In this document: positions 27,799 to 35,181 of the stretch, in pieces
Layout of the letters: each line of letters starts with the position of its first letter
Position numbering within the stretch: the first letter of the stretch is position 1
NCBI GenBank assembly: GCA_028289045.1
Contig: JAQGHB010000051.1
Span: forward strand, 1-36,396
DNA from: Candidatus Saccharimonadota bacterium
GTDB taxonomy: Bacteria; Patescibacteriota; Saccharimonadia; Saccharimonadales; UBA4665
Direction: 5' to 3'
Length of the DNA stretch: 36,396 nt
Notes under the pieces: generated by a model
What the model was told of the DNA's origin: nothing
Databases searched by the model: none
What the model saw: the letters and a program-made list of their open reading frames with translations, nothing else
Translations under genes and position numbers: made by a program

Positions 27799-27804
27799 AT
27801 TATA
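27799..27804 (-). promoter_or_regulatory. -10 box TATAAT located 12 nt upstream of the RR ATG (short-leader or leaderless transcript)
   Basis: A perfect TATAAT on the minus strand. No SD lies between it and the ATG at 27786. The -35 is weak. Confidence 0.35.
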
Positions 27805-27865
27805 GAGTTATTATCACCCTCAATCATTAAAAAATTATTAACTTTTACCTAAATTAGATGAAAAG

Positions 27866-28126
27866 TTAAGATCGTCGACGTGTCATGAGGCGTAAATTCG
27901 ACAGATATTGCTGCGGATTAACCTTGGGATGCTCGCTGAGGTAATGCATGTGCTTGTCGATAAATGAGATGTTGTGCTCGGGATGATCAACTTCATTGGC
28001 GCTGTAGCTGGATTCGGTGTTGTAGGATATGTCGCGCTCCATAGCGGTGAGGATGGCTTTAATTGCAGCGGCTTCCTCGGAGTCATAAAAACGGCGTTTG
28101 CTGGCGGTGGCATGCATGTTAGACAT
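27866..28126 (-). CDS. hypothetical 86-aa protein
   Basis: Clean ORF whose ATG is embedded in the end of the upstream 22-aa ORF (ATGTCTAA). I recognise no motifs. Confidence 0.5.
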   Translation of the reverse strand: MSNMHATASKRRFYDSEEAAAIKAILTAMERDISYNTESSYSANEVDHPEHNISFIDKHMHYLSEHPKVNPQQYLSNLRLMTRRRS

Positions 28127-28187
28127 CGTTTTTCACTTTCGGCTGTTTGGGTTTTTTAACTTCTTTACGTCCCTTGTCTTTCGACAT
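28119..28187 (-). CDS. possible 22-aa Lys-rich micro-ORF (MSKDKGRKEVKKPKQPKVKNDV)
   Basis: SD GGGGAG 7 nt upstream of the ATG. Its stop overlaps the start of the 86-aa ORF, which would couple their translation. Confidence 0.3.
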   Translation of the reverse strand: MSKDKGRKEVKKPKQPKVKNDV

Positions 28188-28341
28188 AGTATTCTCCCCT
28201 GTTAGGTATGGCGTGATCGGCTGGATAATTCTGATCCTCCGGCCAGGCTTACTCCTTAGTATGCGCCTTTTTGGCCATTTTGCCTAGCTCGTGTCTGATT
28301 ACGCCAGTACGACTACTGGCAGAACCTACAAAACTATAATA

Positions 28342-28370
28342 TTGAAAAATAATGAAAGACGTGTTAAAAT
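28342..28370 (+). promoter_or_regulatory. sigma70-like promoter TTGAAA-17-TAAAAT, 10 nt upstream of the GT2 ATG (leaderless-type)
   Basis: Hexamers at 28342-28347 and 28365-28370. The ATG at 28381 has no SD. Confidence 0.45.
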
Positions 28371-28380
28371 ATTGTTAATT

Positions 28381-29541
28381 ATGAAGACCGAGACAACTTC
28401 AGCTCGTCTGTTAAAAACACAGGCCCAACATTCTTCAAGCGCACGTGTATACAAGAAGAAGCTAGCTTTGCTGCTGCCTGCTCACAATGAAGAACTTATT
28501 ATCCAGGCCACCATTCTGTCGGCCATCGCCGCTGGCCAGCCCAAAGACCGTATTTTTGTGGTTGACGATAACTCATCGGATAAAACTCGCCGCAAAGCAA
28601 TGGAAATACTGGGACATAAGCAAGTCCTAACCGTTCAGCGCAGTGGCAAGGCCCTAGCTGTTTACAAGGCAATACGTCGCTTCAAAATTGTGGAACGCTA
28701 TCGCTGGTTGCACGTGGCTGACGCCGACAGCGTCTTCGGAAGTGATTATTTCCGAATCTACAGTCCGGCGCTCAAAGGCAAAGAGTACGTCGCAGCTGTG
28801 GGTTTCGTGCAGAGCCTACGTGGCAACTGGATCAGTAAATATCGAGTGTTTAGCTACACCTACGGACAGCAAATATTGAGACGCATGCAGTCAAAGGTGG
28901 GTATGATATCGGTCTTTCCTGGGCCTGTCACCAGTTTTCGTACTGACATCATTGAAAAGCTTGATTTCTCGGCCGAAAGCCTTACCGAAGATTTTGATAT
29001 TACATTACAATTCCATCGCCAGAAATTAGGCAAAATCCGCTATATACCTAATGCTGTTAACTTTACGCAGGATCCTCAAACACTTCGTGATTTCTGTAAG
29101 CAAACTGCGCGTTGGCATCGTGGATTTTTCCAGGGCGTTCGAAGGCATAAAATTGGCCGTCGTGCACAGCCCATCGATCTATACATCGGCTATCAGCTGA
29201 CCGAAACAGTGCTTTATTTGGCACAAATTTTTATACTCCTGCCGCTGCTTATTTTTAGTACACACCCTCATCGCTGGAGCATCATCCCGCTCTTTATGTT
29301 GACTGAATATTTTATGATTTGTATCATCGCGATTTTTACCGCTGCCGCCGCGAAGAGGCCCATCAGTCTGAGCGTTGTGCCAGTATTCTACCTGATGCGT
29401 ATGCTCGAGCTAGGAATCTTTACGATGGCGTTTTTCGAAGTCATTGTGCTGCGACGCTTTCAGCAGCAAACCATCGGCTGGCAAACCGAAAATCGTCGTT
29501 ACTCATTGGATAGTAATGCTCTGCAGGATGCAGCCTCATGA
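28381..29541 (+). CDS. processive family-2 glycosyltransferase (PgaC/IcaA/NodC/cellulose-synthase-like)
   Basis: LLPAHNEE, VVDDNSSD, ADADS, TEDFD and the QxxRW-type motif QTARWHRG, followed by C-terminal TM helices. I placed the start at 28381 on promoter evidence. The track ORF begins 30 codons upstream at a GTG. Confidence 0.85.
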   Translation: MKTETTSARLLKTQAQHSSSARVYKKKLALLLPAHNEELIIQATILSAIAAGQPKDRIFVVDDNSSDKTRRKAMEILGHKQVLTVQRSGKALAVYKAIRRFKIVERYRWLHVADADSVFGSDYFRIYSPALKGKEYVAAVGFVQSLRGNWISKYRVFSYTYGQQILRRMQSKVGMISVFPGPVTSFRTDIIEKLDFSAESLTEDFDITLQFHRQKLGKIRYIPNAVNFTQDPQTLRDFCKQTARWHRGFFQGVRRHKIGRRAQPIDLYIGYQLTETVLYLAQIFILLPLLIFSTHPHRWSIIPLFMLTEYFMICIIAIFTAAAAKRPISLSVVPVFYLMRMLELGIFTMAFFEVIVLRRFQQQTIGWQTENRRYSLDSNALQDAAS

Positions 29542-29669
29542 CAAAGCGTGCTATAGCTAAGCGTCGAATGCTCTTCGACCGCGTCGCCAGCTCACTGCTT
29601 ATTGTAATTGTTGTTGGCTACATCATTTTTCACTTGTATGGTTTTGCCACTTTTCTTGGCCACTTGTAA
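29538..29669 (+). CDS. possible 43-aa single-TM partner of the GT2 synthase (MTKRAIAKRRMLFDRVASSLLIVIVVGYIIFHLYGFATFLGHL)
   Basis: Its ATG overlaps the GT2 stop (ATGA). A basic N-terminus is followed by one hydrophobic helix. Below the ORF-track cut-off. Confidence 0.4.
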   Translation: MTKRAIAKRRMLFDRVASSLLIVIVVGYIIFHLYGFATFLGHL

Positions 29670-30263
29670 CTAGACTTTTTGGAAGCCAACGAACGCGAAC
29701 TGATACATCTGGCGATTTTGGAACCAGCTGCCTGAACATGTCTGGATAGTTAATAGCGGGGCACCCTGGTACTCAAATATTGAAGTATCTGTAGGGTTCG
29801 TAGCGTAAGCGCCGATATAACGGTAGGTGAAAACGTAGCCATTTGTAGCTTTTACCTGAACGAGACTGCCATCTTTTATCAAATGTAGCCGTGCGAAGAC
29901 CTCAGCGCGATAGTGGCCGTATATGAGCGTGTTGCCGCGAGCATTATTAGGTATGACGCTAGGCGTGGCGAACTGGGCTTTGTCAGACGTCAGTGTCCAA
30001 GTGCCCTCTGCGCGATTGTAGTAGCCATTAATAACAGGCAGATCAATCCCAAGGTCTGGAATGATAATTTCAGCTGGCTGACCGCTCACCGTTACCGGCG
30101 GAAGTTTACTGGCGGCGGATGACATCTGTTTGATGTTGCCGGGATTAATACTGCCGGCATCGGTAGTCTGATAATAAATGGTTGGCGCGATGCCGACGAT
30201 GCCAAGCACGACAAGCAGCAGGCTCAGTTTAAGTATTTTTCGTGGTGGGAGATGTAAATTCAT
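29670..30263 (-). CDS. sortase (cysteine transpeptidase)
   Basis: N-terminal membrane anchor. Catalytic His in LIYGHY, TLxTC-type Cys in LLTIQTCSG, and the conserved Arg in FQNRQMY. Confidence 0.9.
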   Translation of the reverse strand: MNLHLPPRKILKLSLLLVVLGIVGIAPTIYYQTTDAGSINPGNIKQMSSAASKLPPVTVSGQPAEIIIPDLGIDLPVINGYYNRAEGTWTLTSDKAQFATPSVIPNNARGNTLIYGHYRAEVFARLHLIKDGSLVQVKATNGYVFTYRYIGAYATNPTDTSIFEYQGAPLLTIQTCSGSWFQNRQMYQFAFVGFQKV

Positions 30264-30279
30264 AATGAGTTTACAAGCA

Positions 30280-30308
30280 AAGAGGCAACACGAATAGTGT
30301 CACCTCTT
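30280..30308 (-). other. 12-bp stem-loop between the LPNTG micro-ORF and the sortase gene
   Basis: Minus-strand RNA AAGAGGUGACAC-UAUUC-GUGUUGCCUCUU. The two non-Watson-Crick positions are G-U pairs only on the minus-strand transcript and would be C-A mismatches on the plus strand. It is followed by UGCUUGU. Confidence 0.5.
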
Positions 30309-30319
30309 TTACCTGCCTC

Positions 30320-30496
30320 TTAGCGAGTTGATCGCTGTCGGTAAGCCATAACGCCACTGACTGCGGTGCTGATCACACCGATAGCCAAAGCTGCCATAGC
30401 AACCCAGAAGAGAACGCGTGAGCTGCCAGTGTTTGGTAGTACAGCGATTGCTGCTCCACCGCCCAGGCCGCCAACTTTTGGTATAGAACCGCTCAT
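30320..30496 (-). CDS. unannotated 58-aa LPXTG sorting-signal micro-protein (MSGSIPKVGGLGGGAAIAVLPNTGSSRVLFWVAMAALAIGVISTAVSGVMAYRQRSTR)
   Basis: SD AAGGAG 6 nt upstream of the ATG, with an in-frame TAA 7 codons upstream. LPNTG (nt 30425-30439) is followed by a hydrophobic helix and the basic tail RQRSTR. It lies 56 nt upstream of the sortase gene. The track instead lists two implausible 90/93-aa ORFs here. Confidence 0.7.
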   Translation of the reverse strand: MSGSIPKVGGLGGGAAIAVLPNTGSSRVLFWVAMAALAIGVISTAVSGVMAYRQRSTR

Positions 30497-30676
30497 TGGT
30501 GCTCCTTTTATTACTTATCGGCGAGCAATAGATTGCCTTTTCTTCTGCCGATATGTAACTGCCAGCATAGGAAAAGCCCACGGCTCCCTCGCTCGTCTTA
30601 AGCTGAGAATACTACATAAGTGCATAAATGTAAAGAGTAGTATTTAGTAAGCATGCTTAAGCTTAAATTTGCCGTA

Positions 30677-30704
30677 TTGACAAATAAGTAGAACGATGTA
30701 TAGT
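30677..30704 (+). promoter_or_regulatory. sigma70-like promoter TTGACA-16-TATAGT for the deacetylase gene
   Basis: A consensus -35 at 30677-30682 and TATAGT at 30699-30704, 34 nt upstream of the ATG at 30739. Confidence 0.5.
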
Positions 30705-30738
30705 TTATTGAAATACTACTTACTTAATAAGGCATAGC

Positions 30739-32742
30739 ATGAAGCGATTTTTCTTATTCCTAGCGACGTTTTTACTACTAACTGTGAGCGTTTTCCCTGC
30801 TGTCACAGTCTTTGCTGACACACCAGCCAACAATCTTATCTCTAATCCATCGCTTGAAGCTGCAGACGCAGCCAATCCTGCCGCGCCATCTGCCTGGCTA
30901 AAAGGTGGTTGGGGCAGCAACACTTCTTCGCTTTCCTACGCCTCCACCGGAAACACCGGCAGTCGTAGCGTCCGTGTCGACGTTACCAGCTATACCGATG
31001 GCGATGCCAAATGGTATTTCGCGCCAGTGGCCGTCACCGGTGGCAACCAGTACTCCTTCAGCGATTATTATCAGTCAAATGTCGCCACCAATCTGGTAGC
31101 TCAGTTTGATGATGGCGCTGGAAAGATGACCTACCAGAGCCTAGCGACCTTGCCGGCATCGAGCACCTGGAGTCCTGCTAATCTGGTATTTAAGGCGCCA
31201 GCAACTGCGCACAATGTCACCGTATTTCATCTTATAAGTAGTGTGGGTTGGTTGCAGACAGATGATTTCTCGCTCAGCGCCTATGCGCCAGCACCAGCTC
31301 CCACGGTGAGTATTACAGCTCCTTCTGCCAACACTTCGGTAAGCAATACGGTAGCACTCACTGCTAGTGCTACAGACACGACCGGTGTTGCTGGCGTACA
31401 ATTCAAGGTAGATGGTGCTGCAGTTGGCTCTGAAGATACGACAGCCCCCTATGCTGTTAACTGGGATAGCAACGCCGTCATAAACGGCCTGCACAGCCTG
31501 ACCGCTGTTGCCCGTAACACCTCTGGCCAAACCAGCACCTCGGCTCCTGTGCAGATTCTGGTGGCTAACAAAAACACCAGCACATCGAACGTCGTGCCTA
31601 ACAGCTCCCTGGAGACCACCGATCCTGCCAATGCCAAACTGCCACAGAGCTGGCAAAAAGGCGGTTGGGGCAGCAATACCACGGCCTGGACCTATCCATC
31701 GAACGGGCACACCGGCAGCCGTAGTGTCAAAGCGCAAATCAGCGCGTACACCAATGGCTCGGCATACTGGTACTACGGTGCTCAAAATGTGACCTCCGGC
31801 CAGGTATATCGCTTCACCGACTACTACAAATCCAATGCGATCAGTGACGTCGAGGCTGGCGTAACCATGGCCGATGGCAGTGTGCAGTATGTCTATATTG
31901 GCAGCCCATCACCCAGTTCAACCGCTTGGACTAAGTTTGACGCTACACTGACTATGCCAGTCGGTGCAGTCTCGGCCACTATCTACCACAGCATCAATAG
32001 CGTCGGCTGGGTACAGATAGATGATATGACAATGGCGCCATTTGCGTACCAAGGCTTCAACCGCCCGCTGGTCAGTATCACCATAGATGACGGCTATGCC
32101 AGCTCCTACACCAATGGTTTGCCCATTCTGAAGAAGTACGGCTTCACCTCGACCAACTACATCATCACTGGCTCGATCGGTACTGACCCGTACATGACTA
32201 AGGCCCAGCTCAAGCAAATGGCGGCCAGTGGTCAGGAAATTGGCTCACACACCGTTACTCATCCGGACTTGACTACCCTGAGTGCCACCAAAATGGATAA
32301 CGAGCTCAAGAAATCCCAGGCTTCACTGGTGTCTTGGCTTGGTGCCGGTGTGCCAATTAAGCAATTCGCATCGCCTTATGGTGCTTATAACGGCGCTGCC
32401 GTGGCTGACGCTCAGAAATATTACAGCACCTACCGTGGCGTGCAGGCTGGTTACAATGCCAAGAATAATTTTGATCCATACAACATCCGCGTTCAGAACC
32501 TGGTGAGTACTACCACCCAGGCTGAAGTCCAATCCTGGGTCGACACCGCCAAAGCCACTAATACCTGGCTCGTGCTGGTTTACCACCAGATTGATACCAA
32601 TCTTGCCTCTGATGATAGCCTGTACAATACACCGCCCGCAGACTTTGACGCCCAGTTGGCCTACATTAAAGCCAGCGGCATCGCCGTCAAGAACATCACT
32701 CAGGCTATGGCTGAGCTGACCCCTCAGCTGACCTCAAACTAA
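30739..32742 (+). CDS. secreted polysaccharide deacetylase (NodB domain) with two CBM-like modules and an Ig-like module
   Basis: Sec signal ending VFA. Two paralogous roughly 150-aa modules (N..PN.SLE..D.AN...P..W.KGGWGSNT......GHTGSRSV...) flank an Ig-like segment. C-terminal NodB block VSITIDDGYAS ... GSHTVTHPDL. Confidence 0.85.
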   Translation: MKRFFLFLATFLLLTVSVFPAVTVFADTPANNLISNPSLEAADAANPAAPSAWLKGGWGSNTSSLSYASTGNTGSRSVRVDVTSYTDGDAKWYFAPVAVTGGNQYSFSDYYQSNVATNLVAQFDDGAGKMTYQSLATLPASSTWSPANLVFKAPATAHNVTVFHLISSVGWLQTDDFSLSAYAPAPAPTVSITAPSANTSVSNTVALTASATDTTGVAGVQFKVDGAAVGSEDTTAPYAVNWDSNAVINGLHSLTAVARNTSGQTSTSAPVQILVANKNTSTSNVVPNSSLETTDPANAKLPQSWQKGGWGSNTTAWTYPSNGHTGSRSVKAQISAYTNGSAYWYYGAQNVTSGQVYRFTDYYKSNAISDVEAGVTMADGSVQYVYIGSPSPSSTAWTKFDATLTMPVGAVSATIYHSINSVGWVQIDDMTMAPFAYQGFNRPLVSITIDDGYASSYTNGLPILKKYGFTSTNYIITGSIGTDPYMTKAQLKQMAASGQEIGSHTVTHPDLTTLSATKMDNELKKSQASLVSWLGAGVPIKQFASPYGAYNGAAVADAQKYYSTYRGVQAGYNAKNNFDPYNIRVQNLVSTTTQAEVQSWVDTAKATNTWLVLVYHQIDTNLASDDSLYNTPPADFDAQLAYIKASGIAVKNITQAMAELTPQLTSN

Positions 32743-34010
32743 AAGCTATCGAACAGCCAAAAGTCGATGTGGTTATCGACGAGCTTGTTGACGAAATCAA
32801 TAAACACCATGGTGTTGTCGCTTGGTACTGGCGCGCCAGCTTTCCAGTACGACCAGTCTGTCCCTTCGCTGGTAGCAGACTTATCCTCGCTGAATAGATT
32901 CACTGATATATTAAAACCACTGGTCTGGAGGTTGCGTGCTTGCTGAACGACGCCGGTGAGCATGGCTTGTCGCTGCAGCGGGCTAACGCTGACCTGCTGG
33001 CTGGCGTTCTGAGCGTACATGCGCCCAAAGGTGCCCGTATTGAGCCAAATGCTGTGTGCACCGAGCTGCCGGGCGGCTTCAGAAGCCAGAGACGAGGCAA
33101 GATACTGCGCGGGATTATAGCTGGACGCCTGGTTAACGCCAGCCGCTGGAGCCCACGGAAAGCCCTGGTACCCAAAACTATCGATTAGGCCAACTGGAAT
33201 GTCTTTGACATAAGGTAGCAAGCTCACATACGAGCCACCGCCCCAATCAGTGCTACCAGCCGGATAGGATTGACTATCTAGTAGAATACTAGCCTGGCTG
33301 CCAGGAAAATATTTCTTTTGCAGATTAACTGTGCGCGTAATGTTGGGCGCGAAGTCGGCTGGATTGGTCGGGCCCCATTCGGGGTGATTTGCCTCCGGAA
33401 AGTACGCCCAGGTGCCCATGGATGCACTGGTTACACCTCGCTGCTGCAAACTCTGATAATATGCGTCCAGAATACTGTCGTAGGCACCCTGGCTGTAGCT
33501 ACGAAAATCAACCACGCCTCGTTCGTTTGTCGGCTCCATGACAACCAGCGGTTGCACACCGTAGTGTGCAAATTCCTGCAGAGTGCCAGCCATATCAGCT
33601 GCCGCGGCTGGTACATCCGATTGGGTTGTGGGGATGTTGGTAAAAAGCATGGCGTGGCTGGCAAGCGCGCCGCCATACACCTTTTCGTACTCGGCTAGTT
33701 TGCGGAGCACCAGGCTGGAGCTTTGCGCCATGCCGACGTGGGCTTGGGCGATGCTTCGAGGCGTTACAGGAGTTATTTGATTCACAGATGCTGTTAACGG
33801 GTTAGTTTTCTTGGCTTGAGAGGCTGTGGTTTTGGGTGACGAATTTTTCCGAGCTGAGGCTTTATCTGCGGTCAGTTGTTTATGATATGCCGCCAGGCCT
33901 GGCGCCGCCCCGTGTGCGAACAGGAGACTAAATAAAAACATACAGAAAGCAAAGCCCAGCAAGCTGTGCCTCAAGCCCACCTTGCCATGAGTTACTCTCC
34001 GTACGTGCAC
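32739..34010 (-). CDS. secreted protein, putative TIM-barrel glycoside hydrolase-like (function uncertain)
   Basis: N-terminal hydrophobic signal/anchor, a Ser/Thr/Lys-rich linker, then roughly 320 aa with alternating strand/helix pattern and acidic strand ends (VVMEP, FPEANHPEW, FGYQGFPW, WLNTGTF). GTG start, uncertain. Confidence 0.5.
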   Translation of the reverse strand: MHVRRVTHGKVGLRHSLLGFAFCMFLFSLLFAHGAAPGLAAYHKQLTADKASARKNSSPKTTASQAKKTNPLTASVNQITPVTPRSIAQAHVGMAQSSSLVLRKLAEYEKVYGGALASHAMLFTNIPTTQSDVPAAAADMAGTLQEFAHYGVQPLVVMEPTNERGVVDFRSYSQGAYDSILDAYYQSLQQRGVTSASMGTWAYFPEANHPEWGPTNPADFAPNITRTVNLQKKYFPGSQASILLDSQSYPAGSTDWGGGSYVSLLPYVKDIPVGLIDSFGYQGFPWAPAAGVNQASSYNPAQYLASSLASEAARQLGAHSIWLNTGTFGRMYAQNASQQVSVSPLQRQAMLTGVVQQARNLQTSGFNISVNLFSEDKSATSEGTDWSYWKAGAPVPSDNTMVFIDFVNKLVDNHIDFWLFDSF

Positions 34011-34158
34011 CCCCCTAGTATACTAGCTTGTATGTAATTAATCTCATTGTTAGCCAAATCTGCTAATGGTAATCTTCTGCTAGAGACAACATCTCGATTT
34101 ACATAACAGTTTACCCGCGGGTACACCGGATATACCAAGCTAAGGTGAGGATTGCCAC

Positions 34159-35178
34159 ATGATAGATTTAACGGTCATAGTTCCGGCGTACAACGAAGCA
34201 GAATGCATCGGCTACACGATTGAATCTATCCAAAAACAAACCCTCCACCCAAAAGAGATAATCGTTGTGGATGATTTTTCGAACGACGGCACAGGTGACA
34301 TAGCTCGCTCTTATGGAGTCACGGTTATTCGGCCGCCAGCCAATACCGGTTCCAAAGCCGGTGCGCAGAACTTTGCCCTAAAAGAGGTAAAAACCAAGCT
34401 CGTCATGGTAACTGATGCCGACACGACTTTAGCGCCCGATGCCGTTAAACAGCTAGTGCCAGCCTTCCGGGAGCCCAGCGTGGCAGCGGCCTGCGGCTTT
34501 GTCATCCCCAAAAAAGTAACCACTGTTTGGGAGCGCGGGCGGTACATTGAATATTTATTTTCCTTTAGTTTTTATAAGCAGATTCAGGACTTTTATGGGA
34601 ACCCGCTGATATCGTCCGGCTGCTTATCCATGTATCGAACGCCGTATTTGCTAGAGGCCGGCGGGTGGTCTAACCGAACCATGGCCGAAGACATGGATTT
34701 AACCTGGAGCTTATACCTGCTGGGCTACCGGATCCGCTTTATACCTACCGCTATCTGCTACCCAATCGAGCCAGACACACTGTCGCTGATGCACAAGCAG
34801 CTCAAGCGTTGGTCGGCAGCATATTTACAAAACGTGCGATTACACTTCCGCGCAATTTCAAAGCTACCATTTTTGTTTACTGCCATGGCGGTATCTTTGA
34901 CTGACGCTCTGCTGAGTGCTTTGATCTACCTGATTGGCATTCCGCTCCTGATTCTGTTGGTCTCGCCGTGGTTTGGGCTTGGGTACATCCTGGACGCGCC
35001 AGTCATTCTGATTCCGACGCTGGTGATTGCTGCCAGGCGGCATGAGATTAAACAGGCTTTGACCAGCTTCCCTTCACTCTTCGTGTTGCGCATATTCAAC
35101 GGTTTTATTTTTTTGAAAGCAGTGCTGTTCGAAGTCGTACTACGGCAGCACCTCATAACGTACGAAAAGGGGCATTAA
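34159..35178 (+). CDS. processive family-2 glycosyltransferase (second copy)
   Basis: VIVPAYNEA, VVDDFSNDGT, TDADT, AEDMD and the QxxRW-type motif QLKRWSAAY, with C-terminal TM helices. SD AAGGTGAGG upstream. Confidence 0.85.
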   Translation: MIDLTVIVPAYNEAECIGYTIESIQKQTLHPKEIIVVDDFSNDGTGDIARSYGVTVIRPPANTGSKAGAQNFALKEVKTKLVMVTDADTTLAPDAVKQLVPAFREPSVAAACGFVIPKKVTTVWERGRYIEYLFSFSFYKQIQDFYGNPLISSGCLSMYRTPYLLEAGGWSNRTMAEDMDLTWSLYLLGYRIRFIPTAICYPIEPDTLSLMHKQLKRWSAAYLQNVRLHFRAISKLPFLFTAMAVSLTDALLSALIYLIGIPLLILLVSPWFGLGYILDAPVILIPTLVIAARRHEIKQALTSFPSLFVLRIFNGFIFLKAVLFEVVLRQHLITYEKGH

Positions 35179-35181
35179 AGT

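Noticed and set aside
28291-28380. The 30-codon N-terminal extension (GTG start) of the first GT2 ORF
   Set aside because: It contains the TTGAAA-17-TAAAAT promoter itself. The ATG at 28381, 10 nt after the -10 box, is the more coherent start.
30309-30647. Track ORFs of 90 aa (minus) and 93 aa (plus) upstream of the sortase
   Set aside because: Their translations are implausible and they have no SD. A different minus-strand frame holds a 58-aa ORF with a strong SD and a textbook LPNTG sorting signal, which explains the region better.
34015-34026. The 12-bp perfect palindrome CTAGTATACTAG in the divergent region upstream of the second GT2
   Set aside because: It could be an operator, but it is a single short AT-rich palindrome that also contains a TATACT -10-like hexamer. 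There is no second copy and no supporting context.
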